Part shown: positions 50,741 to 60,599 of the stretch, piece after piece
How positions within the stretch are numbered: the first letter of the stretch is position 1
Layout: each line of letters begins with the position of its first letter
Source: an uncultured Bacillota bacterium
Lineage (GTDB): Bacteria > Bacillota > DTU025 > MWDF01
Assembly: GCA_963823655.1 (NCBI GenBank)
Contig: CAWGMK010000007.1
Location: forward strand, 225,908 to 289,907
DNA length: 64,000 nucleotides
Reading direction: 5' to 3'
Translations under genes and position numbers: made by a program
The notes under the pieces: model-generated
Told to the model about the DNA's origin: nothing
Databases searched by the model: none
Seen by the model: only the letters and a program-made list of their open reading frames with translations

Positions 50741-50769
50741 GGGCGCGGGAGGCTTAACCTTCCGCGCCC
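50741..50769 (+). terminator. hairpin after the SBP genes
   Basis: GGGCGCGG(G)AGG...CCTTCCGCGCCC stem. Confidence 0.6.
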
Positions 50770-50835
50770 ACAAAAAGCCCGGAGGGAACAACGGGCACGA
50801 CCTCGCTACCAAAGCCTTGCCATCCGGCGTTAGGA

Positions 50836-51717
50836 GTGCTTGAAGTGCTCATACAGCAGATCATAAACGGAATATCGGTGGGGTCCATGTACGCCATGCT
50901 GGCAGTTGGATTCTCGCTCGTCTACAACATACTGGGTATTGCGAATTTCTCCCACGGGGCGATGATGGCCCTTGGGACCTATTTCTGTTACTGGATAGTG
51001 TTATACATCGGAGTGCCGGTGCCGGTGGCAATAGTCGGCGCCATCGCGCTTGCGGGGATCAGCTCCATGTTCGTGGAGAAGTTCACCCTGAGGGTACTGA
51101 GGAAGAGAAACCAAAGCTCCATCTACTTCTTCATAGCCTCGCTCACGATATTCAACCTCGTCACAGCCGTGCTCATCTACATCTCCAGAGGCAATATCGT
51201 GTCCTATCCGAAGGCATTCCTCACCGGCACGATTAACTTCGGGAATATCTACATCCCGTGGATAGATATCGGGATGCTTGTTATAGCCCTCGCCTGCCTG
51301 GGGGCATTGTCGTACATCCTATTCAAGACCAGGTTCGGGCTCGCCGTAAGGGCCAGCTCTTACAACCTCAGGGCCGCGGCGCTCATGGGGATGAACATCG
51401 ACGTGGTGATCGGAGGGGTGTTCCTGGTATCGGGGGCACTGGCCGGGGTCACCGGAGCTCTTCTGGGTGTGAAATATGCCGTGTACGCGAAAATCGGCGA
51501 CTTCGTCTACAAGGCCCTGTTCGCCTGCGTTGTGGGTGGCCTTGGGAGCCTTACGGGGGCGGTCCTGGGAGGCATACTCATCGGCCTTATGGAGACTTTC
51601 GTCAGCGCATACATAAGCTCGGCGGTAAGCCCTGCTATTACATTCGCGTTCCTGGTCGCGCTGCTTCTAATCAGGCCTCAGGGCCTGAGCGGCAAGACCA
51701 CGGACGAGAAGATATAG
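50836..51717 (+). CDS. HAAT ABC permease (LivH-like)
   Basis: QQIINGI..G..Y, NFSHG, GGLGS and RPQGL motifs. Confidence 0.92.
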   Translation: MLEVLIQQIINGISVGSMYAMLAVGFSLVYNILGIANFSHGAMMALGTYFCYWIVLYIGVPVPVAIVGAIALAGISSMFVEKFTLRVLRKRNQSSIYFFIASLTIFNLVTAVLIYISRGNIVSYPKAFLTGTINFGNIYIPWIDIGMLVIALACLGALSYILFKTRFGLAVRASSYNLRAAALMGMNIDVVIGGVFLVSGALAGVTGALLGVKYAVYAKIGDFVYKALFACVVGGLGSLTGAVLGGILIGLMETFVSAYISSAVSPAITFAFLVALLLIRPQGLSGKTTDEKI

Positions 51718-51735
51718 GAAGCCTGGTGATGAGAA

Positions 51736-52587
51736 ATGTCATTTTATGAGGGCGTACTGATATTAACAGGCATAGTAGTGATAGTGACCCAGGGGGTCTT
51801 CGTGCTGACGGGCCTCACCGGGCTCTTCTCGCTGGGCCAGGCTGCCTTCGTAGCCGTGGGGGCGTATGCCGCGGGCATAGCCAACATGAGATTCGGATTC
51901 GGCTTCCTGCCGGCGATACTCGTCGGTGTAGTCGCTAGCCTGCTTGCGAGCTTTTTAGTCGGGGCTCCGAGCCTGAGGCTAAAGAAGACTTACTTCTCGC
52001 TGGCGACGATAGCCTTCGGCTACGGCGTGGAATTGATAATCACGGTATCCTCCTGGACGGGAGGCTCCATCGGACTAATCGGGGTCCCCAACATCACCAG
52101 GTTCTGGCATGTCGCGGTAGCCTCGGTGATCGTCATCTGGCTGGTCAGGAACTTCAAGCTTTCCAGATACGGCAGGGCATGCGTCTCTGTGAACACCGAC
52201 GAGACGGCGGCGCAGGTTTACGGCGTGAACTCGTTCTGGGCAAAGCAGATAGCGTTCTCCCTTGCGGCGTGCATAGCAGGCCTTGCAGGAGGGCTCTTCT
52301 CCTTCTACCTAGGCTACCTGTCGCCCGACATGTTCGGAATAGCGCTTTCCACCGAATATTTGATAATGGTCTTCTTCGGAGGGCTCAAGAGCCAGACGGG
52401 AGCGGTGCTTGGAGCCGTGATCCTGACGGCTTTGATGGAAGCTTTGAGGACGGCAGCGGAATGGCGCATCATAATCTACTGCCTGGTGATCCTGATTACA
52501 ATCCTTTTCAGGCCTTCGGGCGTATTCGGCAAGTGGGAGCTTTCGCTTCCCAGGCTTAGGAAGCAGGGAGGTGAGCGCAATGCCTAA
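51736..52587 (+). CDS. HAAT ABC permease (LivM-like)
   Basis: SLGQAAF, LRLK..YF..AT and S.YGR motifs. Confidence 0.92.
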   Translation: MSFYEGVLILTGIVVIVTQGVFVLTGLTGLFSLGQAAFVAVGAYAAGIANMRFGFGFLPAILVGVVASLLASFLVGAPSLRLKKTYFSLATIAFGYGVELIITVSSWTGGSIGLIGVPNITRFWHVAVASVIVIWLVRNFKLSRYGRACVSVNTDETAAQVYGVNSFWAKQIAFSLAACIAGLAGGLFSFYLGYLSPDMFGIALSTEYLIMVFFGGLKSQTGAVLGAVILTALMEALRTAAEWRIIIYCLVILITILFRPSGVFGKWELSLPRLRKQGGERNA

Positions 52588-53356
52588 TACGATGCCAAGC
52601 GTGCTTGTAATATCGGGAGTGGGCAAGTCCTTCGGAGGCCTAAGGGCCGTAGATTCGCTTTCCATAGAGCTTAAACAGGGCGAGATACTGGGGCTAATCG
52701 GACCTAACGGGGCGGGCAAGACTACGGTGCTCAATCTGATCAGCCGAGTCACATTCTGCGACAACGGCAGCATCACCTTGGAGGGGCATGACGTTGGAAG
52801 GTGCAAGCCGTACGAGGTCTCGGACTTCGGCCTGGCCAGGACCTTCCAGGAGATACACCTCTTCCAGGGCATGAGCGTCATGGACAACATGAAGGCGGCA
52901 TGCCACCTGTCTGGCAGGTACAGCCTGATAGATGCAATCCTTAATACACCGAAAAAGCAGAAGGTCGAAAGGCGCATCAGCGAATCGTGCATGCAGATGC
53001 TCAGCTTCTTCGGCCTGGAAGCCGACGTCAACAAGGACGCGAAGTCTCTGCCATACGGAAGGCAGAAGCTCCTTGAGATAGCAAAAGCGCTGGTCACCGA
53101 CCCAAAAGTGCTTCTTCTGGACGAGCCTGCGGCAGGTTTGAACGATGAGGAGACCAAGCAGCTGCTGTCACTGGTGAAAAAGGCCAAGGAGCGCTTCGAT
53201 CTGAGCATAATAGTAATCGAGCACACGATGGACTTCATCGCGAACATCTCCGACAGGATAGTCGTGATGAACTTCGGAAGCAAACTTTGCGAGGGCACAT
53301 GGGATGAGGTCAGGTGCAACCCCGACGTCCTGAAGTGCTACCTGGGGGAGGACTGA
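52580..53356 (+). CDS. HAAT ABC ATPase (LivG-like)
   Basis: GPNGAGKTT, LPYG, LLDEPAAG and IEH motifs. Confidence 0.93.
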   Translation: MPNTMPSVLVISGVGKSFGGLRAVDSLSIELKQGEILGLIGPNGAGKTTVLNLISRVTFCDNGSITLEGHDVGRCKPYEVSDFGLARTFQEIHLFQGMSVMDNMKAACHLSGRYSLIDAILNTPKKQKVERRISESCMQMLSFFGLEADVNKDAKSLPYGRQKLLEIAKALVTDPKVLLLDEPAAGLNDEETKQLLSLVKKAKERFDLSIIVIEHTMDFIANISDRIVVMNFGSKLCEGTWDEVRCNPDVLKCYLGED

Positions 53357-53358
53357 GC

Positions 53359-54078
53359 ATGCTGGAACTTAAGGATGTAAATGTAAGCTACGGCGCGGTC
53401 CGCGCCCTAACAGGCGTCAGCATAAAAGTGGAGGAGGGCACCATTGTAACGCTCATCGGGGCCAACGGCGCCGGCAAGAGCAGCCTTCTTAACGCAGTAT
53501 CAGGCGTCATCCCTTTCAAGGGTGAGATCTCATGGAAGGGCAAGAAGCTGCCGCCTCTTCCTTCGGAAATCGTGAAGGCCGGTATCGTGCAGGTGCCCGA
53601 GGGAAGGCAGATCTTCTCCAACCTTTCGGTGTATGAGAACCTGCTTGCGGGCGCTTACCTGAGATGGGAGAAGGTCAGGATTGCCGCAAACCTAGAGAGG
53701 GTCTACAAGCTTTTCCCCAGGCTCAACGAGAGGAAAGCGCAGTCTGCAGGCACGCTTTCAGGGGGCGAGCGACAGATGCTCGCAATTGGCAGAGGGCTTA
53801 TGAGCGAGCCGCACTTGCTTCTGATAGACGAGCCCTCGCTCGGTCTTTCACCGCTTCTTACCGCCGAGGTGCTGAACCTCATCGTGGAAGTGAACAAGCA
53901 GGGTGTCACGGTTCTCTTAGTCGAGCAGAACGCGAGGAAGTCGCTGGGCATAGCCCACAGGGGTTATGTGCTGCAAAACGGCAAAGTGGTAATGGAGGGC
54001 ACCGGCAGGCAGCTGCTCGATGACCCGTCGGTCCAGGAGGCTTACCTCGGGGTGTCCACGAAGGACTGCCCTATCTGA
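53359..54078 (+). CDS. HAAT ABC ATPase (LivF-like)
   Basis: GANGAGKS, PEGR, LSGGERQ, DEPS and EQN motifs. Confidence 0.93.
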   Translation: MLELKDVNVSYGAVRALTGVSIKVEEGTIVTLIGANGAGKSSLLNAVSGVIPFKGEISWKGKKLPPLPSEIVKAGIVQVPEGRQIFSNLSVYENLLAGAYLRWEKVRIAANLERVYKLFPRLNERKAQSAGTLSGGERQMLAIGRGLMSEPHLLLIDEPSLGLSPLLTAEVLNLIVEVNKQGVTVLLVEQNARKSLGIAHRGYVLQNGKVVMEGTGRQLLDDPSVQEAYLGVSTKDCPI

Positions 54079-54095
54079 TCTAAGGAGGACGAAAA

Positions 54096-54867
54096 ATGGC
54101 TTTGATGAGGCAATTTGCGGTGGACAAGCTACAAGTCCTGGTACATGACACGAGGAAGGAAAGCGGAATCGCCGCAGCCGAGATGGCCGTGAAGGCGATA
54201 CTTGACGCAGTGTCCAGAAAGGGCGAGGCGAATGTCATATTCGCGGCAGCCCCATCGCAGGACGACCTGTTGGCGGCGCTTCTTACCGACAAGAGGATAC
54301 CCTGGAGGAAGGTCAACGCCTTCCACCTTGACGAATACCATACCCTTCCCAACGGCGCGCCCCAGAGGTTCGACGTGTTCCTCAAGAAGAAGATATGGGA
54401 TGCAGTCATGCCCGGTAGCATATTCCCCGTAGTGCCCGAGGACGGAATGAAGGCGGCCGACATCGAGAAGAGGTACAAGAAGCTGATGGAAGGGCATATG
54501 CCCGACCTTGCGCTTGTGGGCGTCGGGGAGAATGGCCACCTGGCCTTCGTGGATCCGCCTTTTGCAGACTTCGAGGACAAGGCGACGATCAGGGAAGTAG
54601 TGCTCGATGAGGTGTGCCGCAACCAGCAGGTGAACGACGGCGCCTTCCCCAAGATTCGAGGACGTGCCCAAGACTGCCGTCACCATGACCATACCGACGA
54701 TCATGAGAGCCAAAACCATAGTTGCCATAGTGCCCGGGCCCAGGAAAGCGGAGGCCGTAAAGAACATGCTGAAAGGGCCGATAGTGACCGCTTGCCCCGC
54801 ATCTGTTCTTAGAAGGCATGCGGACTGCGCCCTGTTCCTTGATTCTGCTTCTGCCGGCAAGCTCTAA
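54096..54867 (+). CDS. glucosamine-6-phosphate deaminase-like (NagB/6PGL fold); frameshift ~54655
   Basis: AAAPSQ, FHLDEY, GVGENGHLAF and QQVNDG motifs. C-terminal VPG..KA.AV...CPAS.L..H lies in the +1 frame. Confidence 0.85.
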
Positions 54868-54906
54868 GGTTAGGGGCGGCTTCAGGCCGCAAGGAGGCGA
54901 GCGTAT

Positions 54907-55632
54907 TTGAGAAAGTATAGGATACTGCTGCTTGCGTCTGCGCTTCTGCTTTTCCCGGTAACGCTCAATTTCATGTCTCCGTATGTCTCCTTGCAGGGGG
55001 CGATCGAGGGGATAATTTCCGGAAGCCTCATCCTCTTCGGGCTGATGTTCCTATTCGCGCCGCTTTTGGGCAGGCTATGGTGCGGCTGGCTGTGCCCAGG
55101 AGGCGCCGTGCAGGATCTTGTGGCGCCGGTTAACGGCAGGAAGCCGAGAAGGTTCATCTCCCTTACGAAGTACTTCATCTGGATCATATGGTTCGGGGCG
55201 ATCGTGGTCCTTCTGATCAGATCGGGCGGGCCTTTTAAGCTGGCTCCGCTGTACATGACGGAGAATTACGTCTCGGTGGACGAGCCGTTCAAGTTCATCA
55301 CTTACTACGGCGTAGTCTTGATATTGCTCGTAGTTGCCCTTCTGGTGGGAAGAAGGGGCGCGTGCCACACGATCTGCTGGATGGCCCCGTTCATGGTTTG
55401 GGGGATGCTGGCAGGCGACGTGGTCAAGATACCGTCCCTGCACATTGCGCACAAGCAGGAGGCTTGCACTAGTTGCGGGGAATGCAAGAAGACATGCCCT
55501 ATGAGCCTTGACCCCGTGCGGTCCGCAAAGGCGGGCAAGCCACCGTTCGGGTGCATCAACTGCGGGGAGTGCGTCGGCACCTGCAGCAAGGGAGCCCTCT
55601 CGTTCAAGTTCGGGGTAAGGAAAGTAAAGTAA
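54907..55632 (+). CDS. membrane 4Fe-4S polyferredoxin (NapH/MauN-like)
   Basis: TM helices, GR.WCGWLCP, C...CW, CTSCGECKKTCP and CINCGECVGTC motifs. Confidence 0.85.
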   Translation: MRKYRILLLASALLLFPVTLNFMSPYVSLQGAIEGIISGSLILFGLMFLFAPLLGRLWCGWLCPGGAVQDLVAPVNGRKPRRFISLTKYFIWIIWFGAIVVLLIRSGGPFKLAPLYMTENYVSVDEPFKFITYYGVVLILLVVALLVGRRGACHTICWMAPFMVWGMLAGDVVKIPSLHIAHKQEACTSCGECKKTCPMSLDPVRSAKAGKPPFGCINCGECVGTCSKGALSFKFGVRKVK

Positions 55633-55648
55633 AAAGGGTTAGATATGA

Positions 55649-55681
55649 TAAAAAGAAGGCCTGTTAAAAGGCCTTCTTTTT
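55649..55681. terminator. bidirectional intrinsic terminator
   Basis: AAAAAGAAGGCC...GGCCTTCTTTTT hairpin. Confidence 0.8.
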
Positions 55682-55705
55682 AATTGCCCCGGGAGTTGGC
55701 CCAGG

Positions 55706-56128
55706 TTAGATCATTCCGAAGCCCTTCATCACATCTATGATCTCATTTTCATCCATGAAGCCTTCTATCATGTCTAGCTTCGTGCCGGCGGCGTCGAAGT
55801 AGACAAGCGTCGGGATTACGGAGATGCGGTACTGTGCGGCCACCTTCGGGTACTTGTATACGTCTATCTTGATGAACTTCGCCTGGCCTTCAAGCTTGTC
55901 CGCCAGGGACACAAGGACCGGGTCTATGAGCTTGCAGGCATCACAGTCATCGGAGCCGAGCTTCACGACGTAGGGAAGGCCTGCGGTCGAGGCTGCGGTG
56001 ATATCTTCAGGAGTGCCGTCAGGAAGGGCTAGCCCTGCGGATTTCGGCTCAATTAAAAGTCCCGCCACGACTATCGTCGCCACAAGCAGAAGCGCTATTG
56101 CCAGAAGGATCAGGGTCGATTTCTTCAT
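55706..56128 (-). CDS. membrane-anchored thioredoxin family protein
   Basis: CDAC (CxxC), IPT cis-Pro motif and N-terminal hydrophobic anchor. Confidence 0.88.
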   Translation of the reverse strand: MKKSTLILLAIALLLVATIVVAGLLIEPKSAGLALPDGTPEDITAASTAGLPYVVKLGSDDCDACKLIDPVLVSLADKLEGQAKFIKIDVYKYPKVAAQYRISVIPTLVYFDAAGTKLDMIEGFMDENEIIDVMKGFGMI

Positions 56129-56141
56129 TGTTTACAGCTCC

Positions 56142-56832
56142 TTAAATAAGCAATATAAGGGAAGTCACTGCCATCCATGCGCCTATTGCCGTGATGGCGA
56201 TGCCCAACACCACTGTGAGGATCCTTGCCGCCTTTGTGAAGCCGGAATTTCCCAGGGCAGACGGGATTAAACCCGCGGCTATCCCTGCGACTAACACAGG
56301 GGCCCAGTGACCCAGGGCATAGGCCGTCGTGAGCAATATCCCCCTCGCCCCCTGTGCAGATGAGGAGGCAAGCGCAAGAACGGCAATTAGCACCGGTGTT
56401 GCGCAGGGCGCAGATATTGTGGCGGTCACTATGCCGAGGATGAATGCGCCGACCACGCCGGTCCCTCTTTCTACTTTCGGTGAGAAGGACGGCATGGGGA
56501 TCTTGATTAGCCCTATGATGTTCAGGCCCATCAGGAACACTATCAGCCCCAGTATGGCCTCTGAATAGCGGACCTGAGAACAGAAAACCAAGGCCCTGGG
56601 CAATTACGCCAAAGGCTACGAATGTCACGGTCAGGCCGAGGAAGAAGGATACGGTCGATGCGATAGCTTTGCCCCTATCCTTGGAGGCCCCAACAAAGCC
56701 TACGATCAGGACAATTGCTGTCATAGTGCAAGGGGAAAGGGACGATATAAGGCCTGCAAGAAATGCCGCTACATATCCGAAAATGGGCTGGGCTATTGCA
56801 TCCGCCAGGACGCTAGCCAGATTATCTAACAT
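56142..56832 (-). CDS. ccdA: cytochrome c biogenesis / disulfide transport protein CcdA; frameshift ~56560
   Basis: SSLSPC and APCATP motifs split over two frames that join after removing one base. Confidence 0.82.
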
Positions 56833-57088
56833 AATTTGCCGCCTTTGCCCTCGATGCTTAGTCCGGGTTGTTGCCCAGGCATTTAAAAGCCTCAATACGA
56901 GCATTATATTGTACTTGGGGTGCGAGGTATATACCCCGGTGAAAAGAACAGGGCACAGTCAAATGTAAAAGCTCATCTTTGCTGGATCAGATTTGTTCCC
57001 GCACCTTATTCATTAAGGCGCAGGATTGTGTTTTTCGAAGCGTGGAAGACCAAATTTCCATGCAGTCCGCCCGGTTGGCCTTATGCAT

Positions 57089-58741
57089 TTATTGGGACAT
57101 CAGTTCCACAATTACCGTTTCGAGAAGCATCGGCATCGCATCGAAGGAATAGCTCTTGGACACCCTCTCGGTGGGCTTGTGCGCATCGCGGCCGAAGGGC
57201 CCAATGTTTACGACGGGCATCGAAAGCCCCTTTATCGCCGCGACCGGCAACTCATACCTTTTCCCCCAGGCTGGCATATTCTTCTTCAGCGAGTCTATTG
57301 CGCCTTCTTCCGAGGGCAATCTGCAATAGCTTATATCGAGTATGTAAGGATAGAATTTCCTCATTACAATGTCGTATCCGAAGGCCTGACTGCCTTTTTG
57401 AATAGCGCTCTCGACGGCTTTTATAAGGCCTTTCTCCTTGTCGTCCGCGCCATTTACATATATGTGCGGATAGTAGGGAGGGGAGTAGTAAAGGATGACC
57501 TTCGGGCTTTGGTCCTGCAAGTGCCTGTGCACTTCTCGAACCAGCTCCAAAGAGTAGTCCCTCGGGTCTGCGATTTCCCTCCCGGCTCCTGCATCGAAGG
57601 ATTGGAGCACATCATCGAGGCCGTCGCCCAGCTCCCGGCGCACTTGGCCAAGAAGCCCCTCATACGTCATGACAGTGGGCCTCCAGTCCAGCTTGCCTTC
57701 AGGAAAGCCCGAAAGCGCCTGGTGCTTCCCGTAACGCAGGGACAGCTCTTCAAGGCCTTTGGAAAAGGCCGCCTTCGCCTCTTTTGCCAGCTTCTCGATA
57801 ACTATGTCCGGAGTGCTGGTAAGGGTGGAGTAGTTGAAATACAGAGAGGATCCGGCAGATGTCTGCACGGAATATTCATCCCTCAGGTCTTGCATCCTAA
57901 GGCTTACCGGAGGTTGGGTGACCTCGCCGTCCGCAACATCGCAAAGAACCGGGTTCATGTCTATTCGCGACATGAGCCAGGAGGCTATGAAATTGGCGTC
58001 CAGCCCCTTGAAGGACTCTCCGACATGTGACTGCTCGGCGTGCACGTAAAACGACGGCAACAGCTTTCCTACGGTCCCAAGATACACGTATTTCTTATCG
58101 TCCCCGTCATGCCTGCCTGTCATGTAATCGGTGGCTATCGCGGCAAGGTAAGTCCATCCTTTTTCGCGCGAGAGGGAGTCAAGCGCTTCAACTCCCGCTA
58201 GCATGCCGGTCGAGCCGCCCTCCTCATCTGGAAGGAAGGCGAAAACCAGGTTCGCCCCGAGCGTCCCGGTCGCAGGCGCCATCTTCTCCAGAAGTAGGAT
58301 CAGGGCCGCTACGCCCGTTTTCATATCGAATATGCCGCGCCCGAATATCCAGTCGCCGGAGGCAAGGTCCTCTGCCGCTTCGCCATCCAGGCCAGAGCGG
58401 CTATAAGTTTCATGCAGGGCCTCGGGGTCTGTAGCAATATCAACATTTCCGGCAAAGTCCGATATCCCTACGGTATCTGTGTGTCCCATGCACAGAATCG
58501 CCTTTGGTGACGGTATATCCGGCTCAAGCCAGGCAATTACGCACTTTCTGCCCAGAGGGTCCGATGGAACTGGTGACAAGAAGAGGTTTTTTGGGTTGCG
58601 CAAGAAATATCCGTTCGCCGAAAGCCTTCGGAATATCCAATCGGAGATAGCAACTTCGCCGATCGTCCCTACTATGCTTTTTATGCTTGTAAGTTCTATC
58701 GCAAGGTCTCGTATCCTGTCGCCTGAAATCTCCATCCTCAA
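57089..58741 (-). CDS. M20 family protein, RocB (arginine utilisation)-like
   Basis: GHTDTVG, GRG..DMK.G, PDEE, GTVGKLLP, YPYI.D.S and NIGPFGRDAHK.TER motifs. Confidence 0.85.
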   Translation of the reverse strand: MRMEISGDRIRDLAIELTSIKSIVGTIGEVAISDWIFRRLSANGYFLRNPKNLFLSPVPSDPLGRKCVIAWLEPDIPSPKAILCMGHTDTVGISDFAGNVDIATDPEALHETYSRSGLDGEAAEDLASGDWIFGRGIFDMKTGVAALILLLEKMAPATGTLGANLVFAFLPDEEGGSTGMLAGVEALDSLSREKGWTYLAAIATDYMTGRHDGDDKKYVYLGTVGKLLPSFYVHAEQSHVGESFKGLDANFIASWLMSRIDMNPVLCDVADGEVTQPPVSLRMQDLRDEYSVQTSAGSSLYFNYSTLTSTPDIVIEKLAKEAKAAFSKGLEELSLRYGKHQALSGFPEGKLDWRPTVMTYEGLLGQVRRELGDGLDDVLQSFDAGAGREIADPRDYSLELVREVHRHLQDQSPKVILYYSPPYYPHIYVNGADDKEKGLIKAVESAIQKGSQAFGYDIVMRKFYPYILDISYCRLPSEEGAIDSLKKNMPAWGKRYELPVAAIKGLSMPVVNIGPFGRDAHKPTERVSKSYSFDAMPMLLETVIVELMSQ

Positions 58742-58921
58742 CCTCCAAAACCTTTTTCCTGCCTAACCACTAATTTATGCGTTTTCGCATAATCGTTCAA
58801 GAATTTGTTAAAGACGTGAAGGATTCTGGGCGCATATCGGTGAAATGTAACTGCATATTGTATGCAATACAGATATTTCAGCGATTAATGGGATATAAAC
58901 GCTTTTCACCCCTTCTATAAC

Positions 58922-58951
58922 TTGACATTCAAATAGACGCGTGTATATAAT
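58922..58951 (+). promoter_or_regulatory. sigma-A promoter of the liv operon
   Basis: TTGACA-18 nt-TATAAT. Confidence 0.7.
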
Positions 58952-59115
58952 TCTAACAATTTTACAGCTTCAACTCGTTTGAACAATAAACTTGGACGAG
59001 CGTCGGAAATGGGTAGCATAGAAGTTGTATAATATCTGCAAGCAATTCAATCTATGCAATTCACAGTGAATGCACAATCAAAAGAACCAAGAAAAATAAA
59101 GGAGGGCTAGTACAC

Positions 59116-60240
59116 ATGTTCAGGAAAGTGACATTGTTCGCCGTACTTTTGAGCCTGGTTATCGTAATGGGCTCATTCGCGGCAGAAGATGTAAGAATCG
59201 GTCTGGTTACACCGCTAAGCGGTGACGTGGCGACATTCGGCGAATCAACAAGGAATGCAGCAATCATGTGGGCTGACGAGGTCAACGCCAAGGGCGGACT
59301 GCTCGGAGGCAAAGTTGTCCTGTCAATAGAGGACGACCGCAACCTGCCTTCCGAGACTGCCAACGCAGTATCCAAGCTGATCAATCAGAACAAGGTTGTT
59401 GCAATCGTCGGATCAGTTGCATCCAAGTGCACACTCGCCGGAGCCCCCATTGCTCAGGCAGCGAAAGTACCGATGATTTCACCCACTTCCACAAATGAAG
59501 CCGTCACCAAAGTCGGCGACTATATCTTCCGCGCCTGCTTCATCGACCCGTTCCAGGGCACGGTAATGGCGAAGTTCGCCTACACCGTCCTTAAGGCGAA
59601 GACCGCAGCCATGATGTTCGACCTGGGCAATGACTACACCAAGGGCCTGGCGGAGAACTTCAAGAAGGGCTTCGAAGCCCTTGGCGGCAAGATCGTAGCA
59701 TCCGAGACCTACGGCGTGAATGAGTCGGACTTCTCCGGCCAGCTCACCCGCATTAAGAGCGCCAAGCCCGACGTATTGTTCCTGCCCGACTACTACAACT
59801 CGGTCGGCCTGCAGGCAAGGCAAGCAAGGCAGCTCGGCATAACCGCAACCTTCCTGGGCGGCGACGGATGGGACTCGGCAGAGCTAGTACCCATCGCCGG
59901 CTCAGCAATTGAGGGCGGCATGTTCAGCAACCACTATGCGCCCGGCAGCAAAGAGCCCGTCGCTGACGCATTCTACAAGAACTACCTGAAGCGCTTCGGC
60001 TCGGCGCCTGACGCGCTCGCAGCCCTTGCCTATGACGCTTGCCTCGTAGTCGGCAACGCCATAACCAAGGCCGGCAGCCTGAACAGCACCGCGATCCGTA
60101 ACGCCATGGCAGCCACGAAGGATCTCACCGGCGTGTCCGGCGTGCTTACCTTCGATGCAAGCCGCAACCCGATAAAGAGCGCCGTCATCCTCGAAGTCAA
60201 GGGCGGCAAGTTCGTATATAGGGATACAGTAAACCCGTAA
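59116..60240 (+). CDS. branched-chain amino acid ABC substrate-binding protein (LivJ/K)
   Basis: PLSG, FRACFIDPFQG, LGGDGWD and ALAYDA motifs. Confidence 0.93.
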   Translation: MFRKVTLFAVLLSLVIVMGSFAAEDVRIGLVTPLSGDVATFGESTRNAAIMWADEVNAKGGLLGGKVVLSIEDDRNLPSETANAVSKLINQNKVVAIVGSVASKCTLAGAPIAQAAKVPMISPTSTNEAVTKVGDYIFRACFIDPFQGTVMAKFAYTVLKAKTAAMMFDLGNDYTKGLAENFKKGFEALGGKIVASETYGVNESDFSGQLTRIKSAKPDVLFLPDYYNSVGLQARQARQLGITATFLGGDGWDSAELVPIAGSAIEGGMFSNHYAPGSKEPVADAFYKNYLKRFGSAPDALAALAYDACLVVGNAITKAGSLNSTAIRNAMAATKDLTGVSGVLTFDASRNPIKSAVILEVKGGKFVYRDTVNP

Positions 60241-60267
60241 ACAGAGCCTAAAACAATCGCACGCTTA

Positions 60268-60306
60268 GGCCGGCGGCGCGGGAGTTGCCCGCTCCGCCGG
60301 CTTCTT
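60268..60306 (+). terminator. hairpin after the SBP gene
   Basis: GCCGGCGG(C)GCGGG...CCCGC(T)CCGCCGGC followed by TTCTT. Confidence 0.65.
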
Positions 60307-60599
60307 GCAGGGATAAGGACCAAAGTCAGTGTGCATCCTATGCGTTGGCAAGAGGTTGCGACAAGAAAACTTTCACCGATCGGGCGTCTTTCTAGTAGTA
60401 TGTACCTAAGGGCGTCTTAAGGCCCCGGCAAGCATTGCCGCCGGGCAAATCGGATTAAAAAGCTAAGATCGAGCGTATGATGGCTATTGCAGATAATGCG
60501 AGGCCGTCAGTGCCTCCTTAGAATAGGCGGATAACCGATATCGTTAGAATATTTCTACAAATGCTGCGCGGGTCGCGCAAGGAACAGGGGTGATACCCT

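Noticed and set aside
56917-56940. CsoR-like operator upstream of ccdA (GGGGT...ATACCCC); similar G-tract at ~22900
   Set aside because: Spacing and symmetry are too weak to support a call.
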